A stretch of 64,000 nucleotides of DNA from a virus (IMGVR_UViG_2917461297_000001:56643-120642), one strand, 5' to 3'. Shown: positions 49,832 to 60,257, numbered from the stretch's first letter. Numbers and translations are program-made. The notes: generated from the sequence alone by a model not told the origin.

Positions 49832-50690
49832 ATCCGACGTAAGATTAGTTAACGGTACAACAATTAAAGATGTTGATTTATTGTTCCACGGCTCACCTTG
49901 CCAATCGTTTAGTATAGCGGGTAAACAAGAAGGTGGAGATAAAAATAGTGGAACAAAATCATCTTTAATGTGGGAAACAGTTAGAATTGTATCAGAATGT
50001 AAGCCCAAGGTTGTTATCTGGGAGAATGTTAAATCTGTATTGAATAAGAATCATAAACATAACTTTGACGCTTATTTAAATGAGTTAGATAGCTTAGGAT
50101 ATACTTCTAGTTACAAAATTATAAGTCCAAGAGATATTGGTGAGGCTCAAAGCCGACCTCGTGTCTTTGTTGTAAGTATATTAGGGGGCAAATTCGAGTT
50201 TCCCGACATTCAAAAGCAAAAACAGCGTGTGATTGGCGATTATTTAGAGCCAAAAGCAAGTTAATCATACATACTTTCTAAGCAATCAGTTTTGGCTCTA
50301 GCAAACAACAATCCTAACTTTAAAGGTAGAATGACAGTGTTAAAACATAATGAATTAGCTTGTTGTTTAGTGGCTAAAGGTGGAAAGGCGGCTAGGACTA
50401 ATAATTTTGTGTTATACAACACAGAAGATTATTCTAAGCTGATTAACCCCAAAGATATTAACTATCTAGTGGATAATAACATACATATTAGAGGTTTAAC
50501 TCCTTTAGAATACTGGAGACTTCAAGGTTTTACAGACAAACAATTTTATGAAGCTCAAAAAGCATTAGCTGATACATATAAGAATGGTGAATTAATTAAA
50601 GCAGATGCTCAATTGTATAAACAAGCAGGAAATTCAATTAATGTAAAAGTATTGGAAAGTTTTATTGGTGAGGTTATTGAGAATTTATAA
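49805..50690 (+). pseudogene. C5-cytosine DNA methyltransferase body (motifs IV-X), no start codon, one in-frame TAA
   Basis: LFHGSPCQSFSIAGK (motif IV PCQ), ENVKSVL (motif VI) and QAGNSINVKVL (motif X); the frame opens at 49805 with no start; an in-frame TAA at 50262-50264 splits it into ORFs 49881-50264 and 50292-50690. Confidence 0.6.
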
Positions 50691-50718
50691 AAATAAATTA
50701 ATGGAAGGTGGAATTATA

Positions 50719-51231
50719 ATGAGTGATTTAGTTAAGTTTGAAGGTTTGATTTATTCAAGAGACGAGTTAAAAGGCGAGTTACAAGAAAAAAGAGAAAAAC
50801 AAAGAGAATTTACAAATGTTATTAAACAGTTTAATTACACTGTTACAGAAAGCAAAGACGCATTATTACAAAGAACACCAGTGTTTACAACATTTGAGGA
50901 ATTGGGTGAAGAAGAGTTAGGTGCATTCTATATGGCTGGATATAATGTACACCCATTCCGAAAATTTGAATCAGAAGGAAATACTTATGTTGTGTACGCA
51001 ATTCAATTAAAACTAGACGATTACAAAGATTTAGATGACTTAGAGGATTTGTCTAATGTGGTTGATAAGTTGCATGAACATTTAGAATGGCGTGAAATTA
51101 AGCCGTTAATCAGAGATTGTGCGATTTATAACTATTCAGGTGAAGATATTTTTCGAAAAAGTTTTATTGCTGTATTGCGTGATATTCTAAAAGACAAACC
51201 GGAATTAAAAGAGTTGTTGAAATTAAAATGA
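50719..51231 (+). CDS. hypothetical protein
   Basis: Start ATG 50719 after GGAAGGTGGAA. Confidence 0.4.
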   Translation: MSDLVKFEGLIYSRDELKGELQEKREKQREFTNVIKQFNYTVTESKDALLQRTPVFTTFEELGEEELGAFYMAGYNVHPFRKFESEGNTYVVYAIQLKLDDYKDLDDLEDLSNVVDKLHEHLEWREIKPLIRDCAIYNYSGEDIFRKSFIAVLRDILKDKPELKELLKLK

Positions 51232-51539
51232 AGCTATTTATCTTAGGAGCTATAATCATAATCATCATTGCTGTTGTTTTGTATTTATTACTTTCATATT
51301 TAATGAATGTGTTTAGTCATTTAGAGGAGAAACGTGAAATATTAAGCAAAGCAAAAGAGAGTAAAAGAAAGCAAAAGTTAATGGAAGCAGAGTTAAAGAC
51401 ACGACAACGTATTTTAGAAGAACAAATTAGAGCAAAAGTTGGTATGTTCTATCCTATGGGTGAAATACGTAGGCTTGAAAATGAACTAGAACAAGTAAAT
51501 CAAACACTTGATGAGATTAAAAATGGAGGGAATATTTAA
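51228..51539 (+). CDS. small membrane protein with coiled-coil tail
   Basis: N-terminal TM segment LFILGAIIIIIIAVVLYLLL; coiled-coil tail; overlapping stops/starts with its neighbours. Confidence 0.45.
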   Translation: MKLFILGAIIIIIIAVVLYLLLSYLMNVFSHLEEKREILSKAKESKRKQKLMEAELKTRQRILEEQIRAKVGMFYPMGEIRRLENELEQVNQTLDEIKNGGNI

Positions 51540-52321
51540 TGTCAAAAGGATTAGTTGCAACAATTGGAGCATTAACAGTAGCAGCATTGCTTTTATTAGC
51601 TGCTTGTATCGAGAAAGTACCACAAGGTAATGTAGCAGTAATGTATAGTACAGCGGGGGTAAAAGATAAGACACTCAACGCTGGTTGGCATTTAGTGTCA
51701 CCATTGACACGTACTACTGATTATCCTGTACGTACACAAACGAAAGAATACGATAAATTGAATGTAGCAACATCAGATGGTAAGAACTTAACAATGAGCA
51801 TCAGTGTGAACTATCATGTAGATGCTACTAAAGTTGTTCCTATCTTTAATAAATTTGGTAATGCTGATATTGAACAATTAGAGAATGGCTATTTACGTAC
51901 AAGAGTACAAGATGGCTTGCGTCAATCAGTATCAAAATACTCAGTTATCGAAACATTCGGTGTAAAAGCAGGAGAAATTAAAAAGGATACTATTGAAACA
52001 TTGCAAAAACGATTAGAAAAAGAAGGTTTTATTGTTGAAGATATTGCAGTATCGAGCCCAGAGGCAGACAAAGCAACACAAGCATCAATCGATGAACGAG
52101 TTAAGGCTAACCAAGAATTAGAAAGAGCAAAAACGGATAAACAAATCGCTAGCGCTAATGCTGAGAAGAAACGTATTGAAGCTGAAGGTGAGGCAAAAGC
52201 AAATAAGATTCTTAATGACTCTTTAACACCAGAGCTTATTGAAAAACAAAAGATTGATAAATGGAAAGGCGAGAATCCTTTAGAAATTAATTCTCAAGGC
52301 GTAATCGTTGGTGGAAAATAA
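51539..52321 (+). CDS. SPFH/band-7 (stomatin/prohibitin-like) domain protein
   Basis: N-terminal TM anchor followed by an SPFH-like pattern (EKVPQGNVAVMYSTAGV...), with a C-terminal coiled-coil. Confidence 0.55.
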   Translation: MSKGLVATIGALTVAALLLLAACIEKVPQGNVAVMYSTAGVKDKTLNAGWHLVSPLTRTTDYPVRTQTKEYDKLNVATSDGKNLTMSISVNYHVDATKVVPIFNKFGNADIEQLENGYLRTRVQDGLRQSVSKYSVIETFGVKAGEIKKDTIETLQKRLEKEGFIVEDIAVSSPEADKATQASIDERVKANQELERAKTDKQIASANAEKKRIEAEGEAKANKILNDSLTPELIEKQKIDKWKGENPLEINSQGVIVGGK

Positions 52322-52914
52322 TGGTAAACTTTTTACATATGTTAAACATCTTGGTTGTGGCAATCTTTATGGTTGGTTATTTACCACAAGTTTATACAAC
52401 TATTAAATACAAACAACACAAAGGCGTGTCAACTTCTTTTTGGTACTATGTTGCTGTGTCAACTTCAATTACGTTGCATAACATGATTATTACTGGTGAA
52501 GCTGAGTGGTACATGTATATGGGGCAAATCGTCAATGCCTTGTTTGCAGTCATTTTCTTTGTATATTTCAACCATATGCGTAATAAACATTACAAAGCAA
52601 GATATATCGCTTTTCTAGTAGCTTACCTGTTAGTAACGCCAATGGCTACTAACTTATTAGATGTAAGCCATTCACAAATCGTTGCTTCAGTCGCAATTGT
52701 AGCGGCATATGTGTCACAATTAAAACATTTTTATATTAATAAAACGTCAGAAGGCACTAATCCATTACTATATGGGCTATTTGCAACAGGTATTTTAGTC
52801 TTAATACTTATCTTATTGCTCACGGGAGCAAGCACACACGTTATTATCACAGAATCAATCAATGTTGGTCTATTGTTCGTTTGTTACGTAGCCGCTGTGA
52901 TTTATAAGAAATAA
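52321..52914 (+). CDS. polytopic membrane protein
   Basis: At least five hydrophobic segments; translationally coupled to the SPFH gene. Confidence 0.45.
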   Translation: MVNFLHMLNILVVAIFMVGYLPQVYTTIKYKQHKGVSTSFWYYVAVSTSITLHNMIITGEAEWYMYMGQIVNALFAVIFFVYFNHMRNKHYKARYIAFLVAYLLVTPMATNLLDVSHSQIVASVAIVAAYVSQLKHFYINKTSEGTNPLLYGLFATGILVLILILLLTGASTHVIITESINVGLLFVCYVAAVIYKK

Positions 52915-52928
52915 ATTATTGAAATAGG

Positions 52929-52957
52929 TTGACACACTATAAACAATCATTTAATAT
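52929..52957 (+). promoter_or_regulatory. sigma-A promoter (TTGACA, 17 nt, TAATAT)
   Basis: TTGACA at 52929-52934, 17-nt spacer, TAATAT at 52952-52957; the 12-nt motif (AAATAAATTATT variant) ends 8 nt upstream of the -35. Confidence 0.55.
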
Positions 52958-53006
52958 AGTAACAGTAATGATGAGTTGTGTGTCAACCATAAAAGGAGAG
53001 AGCCCT

Positions 53007-53519
53007 ATGGAAGACATGAAACTTTATGATTACACTGAATCTTATCATAACGTATTAAGACTTATTGATGAGAACGAGGATTTAACTTACGAAGATTTAA
53101 AAGATACTTTAGATGCTATCGCTGATGGTGCCGAGGAAAAAATTGCAAACACAGGCAAGGTTATCCAAAAGTTAGAAGACGATTTATTAGTTATTAAGAA
53201 TCGTAAAAGCGAGATTGATAACCTAAGAAAAAAGAAAGAGAAACAAATTATTAGACTCAAAGAATATTTGTTACATAACATGAAAGAGCTTAACAAAAAG
53301 AAAGTAGAAACGCCTACTATCAAAGTATCAACTAGGAATTCAAAAGTGTTACATATCTATGATGAGTCTAAAATGCCTAAAGAGTTTATTAAAGAAGAAC
53401 TTATCAGCAAACCAGATAAAGAAGGTTTCAAAAGGTATCTTAAAGGTTTGAGTGAGGAAGAAGTAGAAAAGATTGATTACGCCAAGTTGGTTACTAATCA
53501 AACACTTTCAATTAAATAG
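53007..53519 (+). CDS. hypothetical protein
   Basis: Start moved to ATG 53007 (RBS AAAGGAGAGAG) because the track ORF starts inside the promoter. Confidence 0.4.
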   Translation: MEDMKLYDYTESYHNVLRLIDENEDLTYEDLKDTLDAIADGAEEKIANTGKVIQKLEDDLLVIKNRKSEIDNLRKKKEKQIIRLKEYLLHNMKELNKKKVETPTIKVSTRNSKVLHIYDESKMPKEFIKEELISKPDKEGFKRYLKGLSEEEVEKIDYAKLVTNQTLSIK

Positions 53520-53531
53520 GAGGGAAACATT

Positions 53532-54221
53532 ATGCCATTATACACAGTAGATGGTTTAAGGTTCGAGAATGAAGAAGAAGCAATTAATTGGTTTCTTACA
53601 ACTCTATCTGATAAGAGCCCAGTTGGTTCGTTCTATGAATATCTTCATGAGCAAGATTGGGGAGATTATAGTATTCAAGCGTCAGGGATTAGTGAGCAAG
53701 AGTTTCATATTGCATTAGATGCAGCTAGTCACAAAGAAAAAGTTTATCGAGGTGTTGTTATCAACACTTACAATGAACCAGTTGAAATTACTAAAGAAGA
53801 GTTAGCCAAAACCTTAAAAGAAGTTTCAAAATCAGTTGATGTAGCGGCAATTGTTGCTAATGGTGAGATTAGCAAAGTTGAAGACAAGATTGAAACTGAT
53901 GAAACTTTAAACGACGATTTGGTTACTGATTTTAAAAACTTGGTTTTACGTGTAGTAGCAGAAGTTGATAAATATGGTGGTAGAATGATTTTTGCTATCA
54001 CAGACACTATTACAGGTAAACAACTACAGTCATACCTAGTAATTGAAGAAAACCGAATTGATGTTGATTTAATTAAAGAATTAATCGAAGGCATGTTCAA
54101 GAAAACTATTGAAGGTGAGTTCAATGGTGATGAGTTTAAAGTTGGTGAGACGAGTTTAAACCATATCTTTGATTATGCTTCAGAAAACAAAAAGAAAGTT
54201 AAGATTGAAATTATAGACTAA
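53532..54221 (+). CDS. hypothetical protein
   Basis: 229-aa ORF with RBS AGGAGGGAA. Confidence 0.4.
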   Translation: MPLYTVDGLRFENEEEAINWFLTTLSDKSPVGSFYEYLHEQDWGDYSIQASGISEQEFHIALDAASHKEKVYRGVVINTYNEPVEITKEELAKTLKEVSKSVDVAAIVANGEISKVEDKIETDETLNDDLVTDFKNLVLRVVAEVDKYGGRMIFAITDTITGKQLQSYLVIEENRIDVDLIKELIEGMFKKTIEGEFNGDEFKVGETSLNHIFDYASENKKKVKIEIID

Positions 54222-54359
54222 CAGACTAAAATTATTAAAGACGAGAGGTCATACAAATGAATACAGAGATTGCAGAAACAAGCCAAGGTTATGTTTACAT
54301 TGAGGGAACAGATAACACAGCTGATTTTACCGAGTCATTAGAGATATACGAGGATTTTC

Positions 54360-54809
54360 TTGTCAACTTACAATATGATTTTTATGAATAAAGATAAATT
54401 AATTGATAAAAGGAAGAAGGTAAGTCTTTTGGATAAAGATATTCTAGTTGTCTACTATACTTATACAGGAAAAACAGAAGTCTTTGCAAAAGAGTTAAGA
54501 GCTTATGGTATTAGAACGCTTAGCATTGACGAAAGCAGTGTTGTTAATGAACCATTTATCCTTGTTACACCAACATATAGTTTTGGAGAAGTGCCGAAAA
54601 CAGTTCTGGCATTTCTTGAAAACAACAGCGATAATCTTAAAGCAGTTATGTCCTCAGGTAACAGAAACTGGGGAGGTAACTTCGCTATAGCCGGTGACAT
54701 TGTATCAAAAACATACGGTGTTCAATTGATAGGCAAGTTTGAAATGAATGGAAACAAAAGTGATGTGGAAAAGTTGGTGTCATACATAAAAGGAGTGGAT
54801 AATCATTAA
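54360..54809 (+). CDS. nrdI: NrdI-like flavodoxin
   Basis: LVVYYTYTGKTEVFAKEL resembles the NrdI FMN-binding loop; directly upstream of nrdE; start uncertain. Confidence 0.45.
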   Translation: MSTYNMIFMNKDKLIDKRKKVSLLDKDILVVYYTYTGKTEVFAKELRAYGIRTLSIDESSVVNEPFILVTPTYSFGEVPKTVLAFLENNSDNLKAVMSSGNRNWGGNFAIAGDIVSKTYGVQLIGKFEMNGNKSDVEKLVSYIKGVDNH

Positions 54810-54822
54810 AATTCAAAAATTA

Positions 54823-55182
54823 GTGGATAATCAAATTGCCTTGATAAATGAATTACAAACAACTAGCGAGCAAGATTTTAAACTAATCTCTAAAGCCGTG
54901 AAATGTTTAAAAAAGTTAAAGGATATACAATTTGAGTTTGAAGAAGATACAGAGTTCAATATCATATCCGAGTTTAGCGGGATTGGAATAGAGCACTTTT
55001 TCATAGACGATATGAATGATAATTTCAATGAGTTTGATGAAGCGGCAATGGATAACTCATTAACTTGGTACAAAAAGATGAATGATGCTTTAACACAAAA
55101 AATTATCAAAGACATTGACTTCATCAGGAATGCTGACGACAAAGAAGTACAAGATTACAAAGATAAATTATTAAATCATTAA
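54823..55182 (+). CDS. hypothetical acidic protein
   Basis: 119-aa ORF. Confidence 0.35.
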   Translation: MDNQIALINELQTTSEQDFKLISKAVKCLKKLKDIQFEFEEDTEFNIISEFSGIGIEHFFIDDMNDNFNEFDEAAMDNSLTWYKKMNDALTQKIIKDIDFIRNADDKEVQDYKDKLLNH

Positions 55183-55195
55183 TGGAGGTTATTTA

Positions 55196-57304
55196 ATGAG
55201 CAAATGGATTGAAAAGAATAACGAAATGATGAGAAGAGATTCAGTGGGTCAATTAAGCCTTCATAAAGATAAAGAAGCTATTGAACTTTATCTCCAACAC
55301 GTTGATTCAAAAACAAAAAAGTTTACGAATGAGATTAATCGACTTCGCTACTTAGTTGAAGAAGGCTATTATATTGACGTATTTGAGCAATATAATGAAT
55401 CAGATTTAATTGAGCTTACTGAATATGCATACTCATTCAATTTCGAGTTCCAAAGTTTCATGGCGGCAAGTAAATTCTATGAAACATACGCATTGAAGAC
55501 ACGGGATAAGAAGCAATGGTTAGAAAACTTTGAACAACATAATGTAATTGTTTCATTGTATCTAGCTAATGGTGATGTAGAACAGGCTAAGAAGTACATC
55601 AAAACACATACTTTACAAACTGTTCAAACAGCTACACCTACATATTTAAATGCAGGGCGTAAACAACGTGGAGAATTAGCTTCATGTTACTTATTTACAA
55701 TGGACGATACATTGAATTCAATTAACTTTATTAGAGGTCAAGTATCACAAGCAAGTAAAATTGCGGGTGGTGTTGCAGTAAACTTAACTCGTTTGCGTGG
55801 ACGTGGCGCACCTATCAAAGGTATTAAGAATGCTGCTAAAGGTGTGTTCCCTGTGGCTAAGTTAATTGAAGGTGAGGTTGGTTATGCTGACCAAATGGGC
55901 TCAAGAGATGGTGCAGGAGCCGCTTATCTTAACATCTTCCATTCAGACGTTATTGAATTATTGAACAGTAAGAAGATTAATGCTGATGAAGGAGCTCGAT
56001 TAGCGACTCTATCCATTGGGTTAATTGTTCCCTCACTATTCTTTGATTTAGCTAAGGACAACAAAGACTTGTACATGTTTGAACCATACTCAATTGAAAA
56101 AGAATACGGCGTAATTCTTGATGATATTAATATCGCTGAATGGTATGACAAATTAGTTGAGAACGAGAATATTGTTAAGAAAAAGATGAACGCACGTGAC
56201 ATGCTGAATATGATTGCACAAACACAATTGCAATCTGGATACCCATATATCATGTATAAAGATAATGCTAATAAGAATCATGCTTTGAACGAACATGGCG
56301 AAGTGAAAATGTCTAACTTGTGTACAGAAATTTTCCAATACATGAACGTATCAGAAATCAACGACTACCATAAAGAAGATAACTTAGGACAAGATATTAT
56401 TTGTAATTTAGCTTCGTTAAATATGGTTAAGTCGATTGAAGAAAACGCAGTTGAGGAATCAATCAGAACAGGAATGAGAGCTTTAACATTTGTAGCAAAT
56501 AACTCACGTATTGAACATTTACCATCTGTTCATAAAGCAAACAAAAATATTCGTGCCGTTGGGCTTGGAGTAATGTCATTCCACTCAATGTGTGCCAAGA
56601 ATCAAATTAGATACGGCTCAGAAGAATCATTAGACCTAATTAATGTTTACTGTATGATGATGGATTATTATTCATTAGATGAATCAATGCGAATTGCAAA
56701 AGAACGCAACGATAAATTCTATGGTTTTGAAACATCTGATTATGCAATTAAAGATAAAGAATACGGTGAATATTTCTATAAAAACAATCGTGTAACAGAA
56801 GATGTTAAGCCTGTAACTGATAAAGTAAAAGAAATCTTTAAAGATATTTACATTCCAACAAAAGAAGACTGGCAACGTTTAGCAAAAGATGTTGGTAAAT
56901 ATGGTTTGTACAACGGATACAGGCTTTCGGTGGCACCAACCCAGTCTATCAGTTACATAACAAACTGTAGTTCAGCATTAACGCCTGTTGTCGATATTGT
57001 TGAACGACGCACATATGGTAATTCAGAAACATTCTACCCAATGCCATATTTATCACCACAAACAATGTGGTACTATTCACCAACAGCATTTGAAATTCCA
57101 AACGAACATATTATCAATGTAGCTGCTGTTGCACAGAAATGGATTGACCAAGGTGTTTCAACAATCTTATTTGTTAATAGCGAGATTGAAACTAACAAGC
57201 TAGCTAGATTGTACGCATATGCACATGATAGAGGATTAAAATCACTCTACTATACTCGTAATAAGTTGTTAAGCATTGCTGAGTGTACAAGTTGTGCTGT
57301 GTGA
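55196..57304 (+). CDS. nrdE: ribonucleotide reductase class Ib alpha subunit
   Basis: 702 aa; active-site MSNLCTEI; C-terminal CTSCAV redox pair; nrdI upstream and nrdF downstream. Confidence 0.8.
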   Translation: MSKWIEKNNEMMRRDSVGQLSLHKDKEAIELYLQHVDSKTKKFTNEINRLRYLVEEGYYIDVFEQYNESDLIELTEYAYSFNFEFQSFMAASKFYETYALKTRDKKQWLENFEQHNVIVSLYLANGDVEQAKKYIKTHTLQTVQTATPTYLNAGRKQRGELASCYLFTMDDTLNSINFIRGQVSQASKIAGGVAVNLTRLRGRGAPIKGIKNAAKGVFPVAKLIEGEVGYADQMGSRDGAGAAYLNIFHSDVIELLNSKKINADEGARLATLSIGLIVPSLFFDLAKDNKDLYMFEPYSIEKEYGVILDDINIAEWYDKLVENENIVKKKMNARDMLNMIAQTQLQSGYPYIMYKDNANKNHALNEHGEVKMSNLCTEIFQYMNVSEINDYHKEDNLGQDIICNLASLNMVKSIEENAVEESIRTGMRALTFVANNSRIEHLPSVHKANKNIRAVGLGVMSFHSMCAKNQIRYGSEESLDLINVYCMMMDYYSLDESMRIAKERNDKFYGFETSDYAIKDKEYGEYFYKNNRVTEDVKPVTDKVKEIFKDIYIPTKEDWQRLAKDVGKYGLYNGYRLSVAPTQSISYITNCSSALTPVVDIVERRTYGNSETFYPMPYLSPQTMWYYSPTAFEIPNEHIINVAAVAQKWIDQGVSTILFVNSEIETNKLARLYAYAHDRGLKSLYYTRNKLLSIAECTSCAV

Positions 57305-57341
57305 TATAAAAACATTAAAAGACAGAAAGGATAATACATAA

Positions 57342-58361
57342 ATGACAACAATTCAAGCTAAAGCTACTAACTGGGATAAAGAGCATATTGCATTAACATT
57401 CTGGAAACAAAACGTAGCACAAATGTGGACAGAAGATGAATTCAAGCCATCAAAAGATATTACATCATGGAAAAGTTTATCTAAAGATGAGCAAGAGGTT
57501 TATATTAAAGTGCTATCAGGTCTTGCGGGACTTGATACCACTCAAGCCGCAGAGGGCATGCCTTTAATTCAATTTCATTATCCTCACCCATTATGGTCAT
57601 CAGTATTCTCATTTATGGGTATGATGGAAAACATTCATCATAAGTCGTACACTCACATCTTTACGACTTTAATTGACCGTAAGGAAACAGAATACTACTT
57701 AGAAGAATGGGTGCCAGCCAATAAGTATTTAAATAAGAAAACAACACTTATTGCTAAATATTATCGTTCATTACTCAAAGAAAAAGTATCAGATGAAGAA
57801 TTATACATGGCAATGGTTGCGTCAGTATTCCTTGAGTCATTCTTATTTTACTCAGGTTTCTATTATCCATTGTTGCTTTCCGGACAAGGTAAGATGATTG
57901 CTTCAGGTGAAATCATTCGTAAGATTATTCTTGATGAAAGTATTCATGGTGTTGGTGTGGGTATTGCAGCACAAGATATTTACAGTACATTTGATGAAGA
58001 CACTAAGAAACGATTGAAGAAAGAAATGATGGAACTATTCGATGCACTTTATTTTAATGAGTGCGAGTACACAGCGTCGCTATACGATTCTATTGGTCTA
58101 ACCGAAGATGTAATTCGATACATTCAATATAACGGTAATAAAGCGCTAATGAACTTAGGACACGATGTTGTGTTTAACCCAGACCCATTTAATCCAATTG
58201 TAGAAAATGGTTTAAATACGGAAACTAAGAATCACGACTTTTTCTCAACAAAAGGCGACGGATATGTCTTGTCACTTAATAACAAGGACTTACGAGATAA
58301 AGATTTTGATTTCAATAATGTTGAATCATATGAAATCTCTAAGAAATTTTTAAATCATTAA
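57342..58361 (+). CDS. nrdF: ribonucleotide reductase class Ib beta subunit
   Basis: 339 aa; ferritin-like metal ligands (ESFLFYSGF, DESIHGVGV); follows nrdE. Confidence 0.75.
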   Translation: MTTIQAKATNWDKEHIALTFWKQNVAQMWTEDEFKPSKDITSWKSLSKDEQEVYIKVLSGLAGLDTTQAAEGMPLIQFHYPHPLWSSVFSFMGMMENIHHKSYTHIFTTLIDRKETEYYLEEWVPANKYLNKKTTLIAKYYRSLLKEKVSDEELYMAMVASVFLESFLFYSGFYYPLLLSGQGKMIASGEIIRKIILDESIHGVGVGIAAQDIYSTFDEDTKKRLKKEMMELFDALYFNECEYTASLYDSIGLTEDVIRYIQYNGNKALMNLGHDVVFNPDPFNPIVENGLNTETKNHDFFSTKGDGYVLSLNNKDLRDKDFDFNNVESYEISKKFLNH

Positions 58362-58374
58362 TGGAGTGAACAAT

Positions 58375-59025
58375 ATGGCTAAAACCCCAATTCCTACATT
58401 ATACAAACCAATTAACATTAAACAAATTAATATTGCCTTAACAGGAAAAATGCGTTCAGGTAAAGATTCAGTAGCCAGCGCTATCGTGAAATCTTTAAGT
58501 AATCCTCATAGAAACGTATATGTTAGAACATTTAGTTTTGGAGATTCGTTGAAACAAACAGCTAGACAATTGTATCCTCATGAATTTAACGAAGAGCAAA
58601 AGCCTAGACAACTTATTCAGTGGTTAGGTCAAACTTTAAGACAGAGAAATGAGAACATTTGGATTGATTTTGTTGCTAAAAAGATTAATGACAATCTAAG
58701 AAATATTGGGTTTGACTATGGTAGCTATACTATTGTCAACATCATTACTGATTTGCGACAACCAAACGAATATGAGTTTGCTAAACAGAATGATTTCATA
58801 ATCATTAAAGTTGAATGTGATGATGTTGTACGTCTTAAACGTATGCAAGAGTTGAATGATGACTTTGACGAAAAAGACTTACAACATGAAACAGAAACTT
58901 ATATCGACTCATTTGACTATGATTACTTAATTACAACCACACATATTAATAAGAATGAATTATATCATCGAGTCAAAGATTTGAGTGAATTAATACAAAA
59001 TAAAGATAAAGAGGTAAATAAATAA
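58375..59025 (+). CDS. deoxynucleoside monophosphate kinase-like P-loop protein
   Basis: P-loop ALTGKMRSGKDSVA; sits within the nucleotide-metabolism cluster. Confidence 0.45.
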   Translation: MAKTPIPTLYKPINIKQINIALTGKMRSGKDSVASAIVKSLSNPHRNVYVRTFSFGDSLKQTARQLYPHEFNEEQKPRQLIQWLGQTLRQRNENIWIDFVAKKINDNLRNIGFDYGSYTIVNIITDLRQPNEYEFAKQNDFIIIKVECDDVVRLKRMQELNDDFDEKDLQHETETYIDSFDYDYLITTTHINKNELYHRVKDLSELIQNKDKEVNK

Positions 59026-59261
59026 TGAAAGAAACTAAATTTATTTTATTCGGCTCACCAACGTGCAATCCATGCAAAGCAGTTAAGAATCATTTAGAGT
59101 CAATCAATTTTAAATATGAATATGTAGATGTAACGGAACGTCCAGACTTAGCAGGTGAATATGGCGTAATGTCAACTCCTACTATGGTTCATTTAATTGA
59201 CGACATTATAGTTAATAAAGAAGTCGGATTGAAGATTAACGCATTCGCAGAAGGGTTTTAA
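59025..59261 (+). CDS. nrdH: NrdH-like glutaredoxin
   Basis: 78 aa; CNPC redox motif near the N-terminus; thioredoxin-fold pattern. Confidence 0.6.
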   Translation: MKETKFILFGSPTCNPCKAVKNHLESINFKYEYVDVTERPDLAGEYGVMSTPTMVHLIDDIIVNKEVGLKINAFAEGF

Positions 59262-59281
59262 TTTTAAGAGGTGTGTAACGT

Positions 59282-59518
59282 ATGACAAGTAAAAGGAGAG
59301 AACTAGATAAAGTAGTTAAAGGGATTTACATGACATACGCACACTTATTAGATGAGCAAGAAATGGACAAGATGTCAGCTGTTATACTTGAATATCGGGT
59401 CTTTAAAGTTATTAGGGAGTTAAGAAAGCTCCCTTTTAGCTTATCTAATTTGTGGTATGTGATTGTGACTAGGCGTAAATTACAAAAATTAGTAATTGAA
59501 ATACAACAATACAAATAA
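59282..59518 (+). CDS. hypothetical protein
   Basis: 78-aa ORF. Confidence 0.3.
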   Translation: MTSKRRELDKVVKGIYMTYAHLLDEQEMDKMSAVILEYRVFKVIRELRKLPFSLSNLWYVIVTRRKLQKLVIEIQQYK

Positions 59519-59532
59519 GGGAGAAAAAGAAT

Positions 59533-60255
59533 ATGTTTACAAAATTTAAGAACGGAAGTTTTGTCATTGATACAGAAACTAAGAAATCAGGTAAAGTGAT
59601 TGGTCAAGAAGGTGCTTACGTATTAGTAGAAGTTATTCTTGAACAAAATAAAGAAGAAGGAACACGTACAACACAACTAATCAAAGTACCACATGTGAAC
59701 CTTAAACCATATAATCCAAAGCAGAACAACAAAGTATACAAGCCATATTTTGACGTTATGGAGTTTCATAAAGCATTTGGACACCCAGTAGCAATTCAAC
59801 CAACTCCAATTACACCAAAAAGAGCTCAACAGCGTGCCGACTATTTAGTAGAAGAGTTGGTTGAATTCTTATGGGCTTCAGTGTCAGGTGATGAGCAACA
59901 AACAGAAAATTTAGTAAATGATTTAATTCATTCAGTACATAAGGCTAAGAATAAATGTTTTGCTAAAGGTACATTCCCTAATGATGAAGTCTTATTACAC
60001 CAAACTGACGCTCTCAATGATATTAATTACATTAACTATGGTTCAATCGTTGAGACTGGTGTGAATCCTAAACCAGTATTTGAAATTATTCACCAAGCTA
60101 ATATGAAGAAGCTAGACGAAAACGGCAAGCCTATTATTGATGCTGTAACTAACAAAATTATGAAGCCAGATGGTTGGGAAGAAAAGTATAAACCAGAACC
60201 TCTAATTAAGAAAGAAATCGAATCTCAATTAAATAAATCAAAGAGAGGACAATAA
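59533..60255 (+). CDS. MazG-like nucleotide pyrophosphohydrolase domain protein
   Basis: Central MEFHKAFGHPV...RADYLVEELVEF resembles the MazG EExxE helix. Confidence 0.35.
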   Translation: MFTKFKNGSFVIDTETKKSGKVIGQEGAYVLVEVILEQNKEEGTRTTQLIKVPHVNLKPYNPKQNNKVYKPYFDVMEFHKAFGHPVAIQPTPITPKRAQQRADYLVEELVEFLWASVSGDEQQTENLVNDLIHSVHKAKNKCFAKGTFPNDEVLLHQTDALNDINYINYGSIVETGVNPKPVFEIIHQANMKKLDENGKPIIDAVTNKIMKPDGWEEKYKPEPLIKKEIESQLNKSKRGQ

Positions 60256-60257
60256 GA

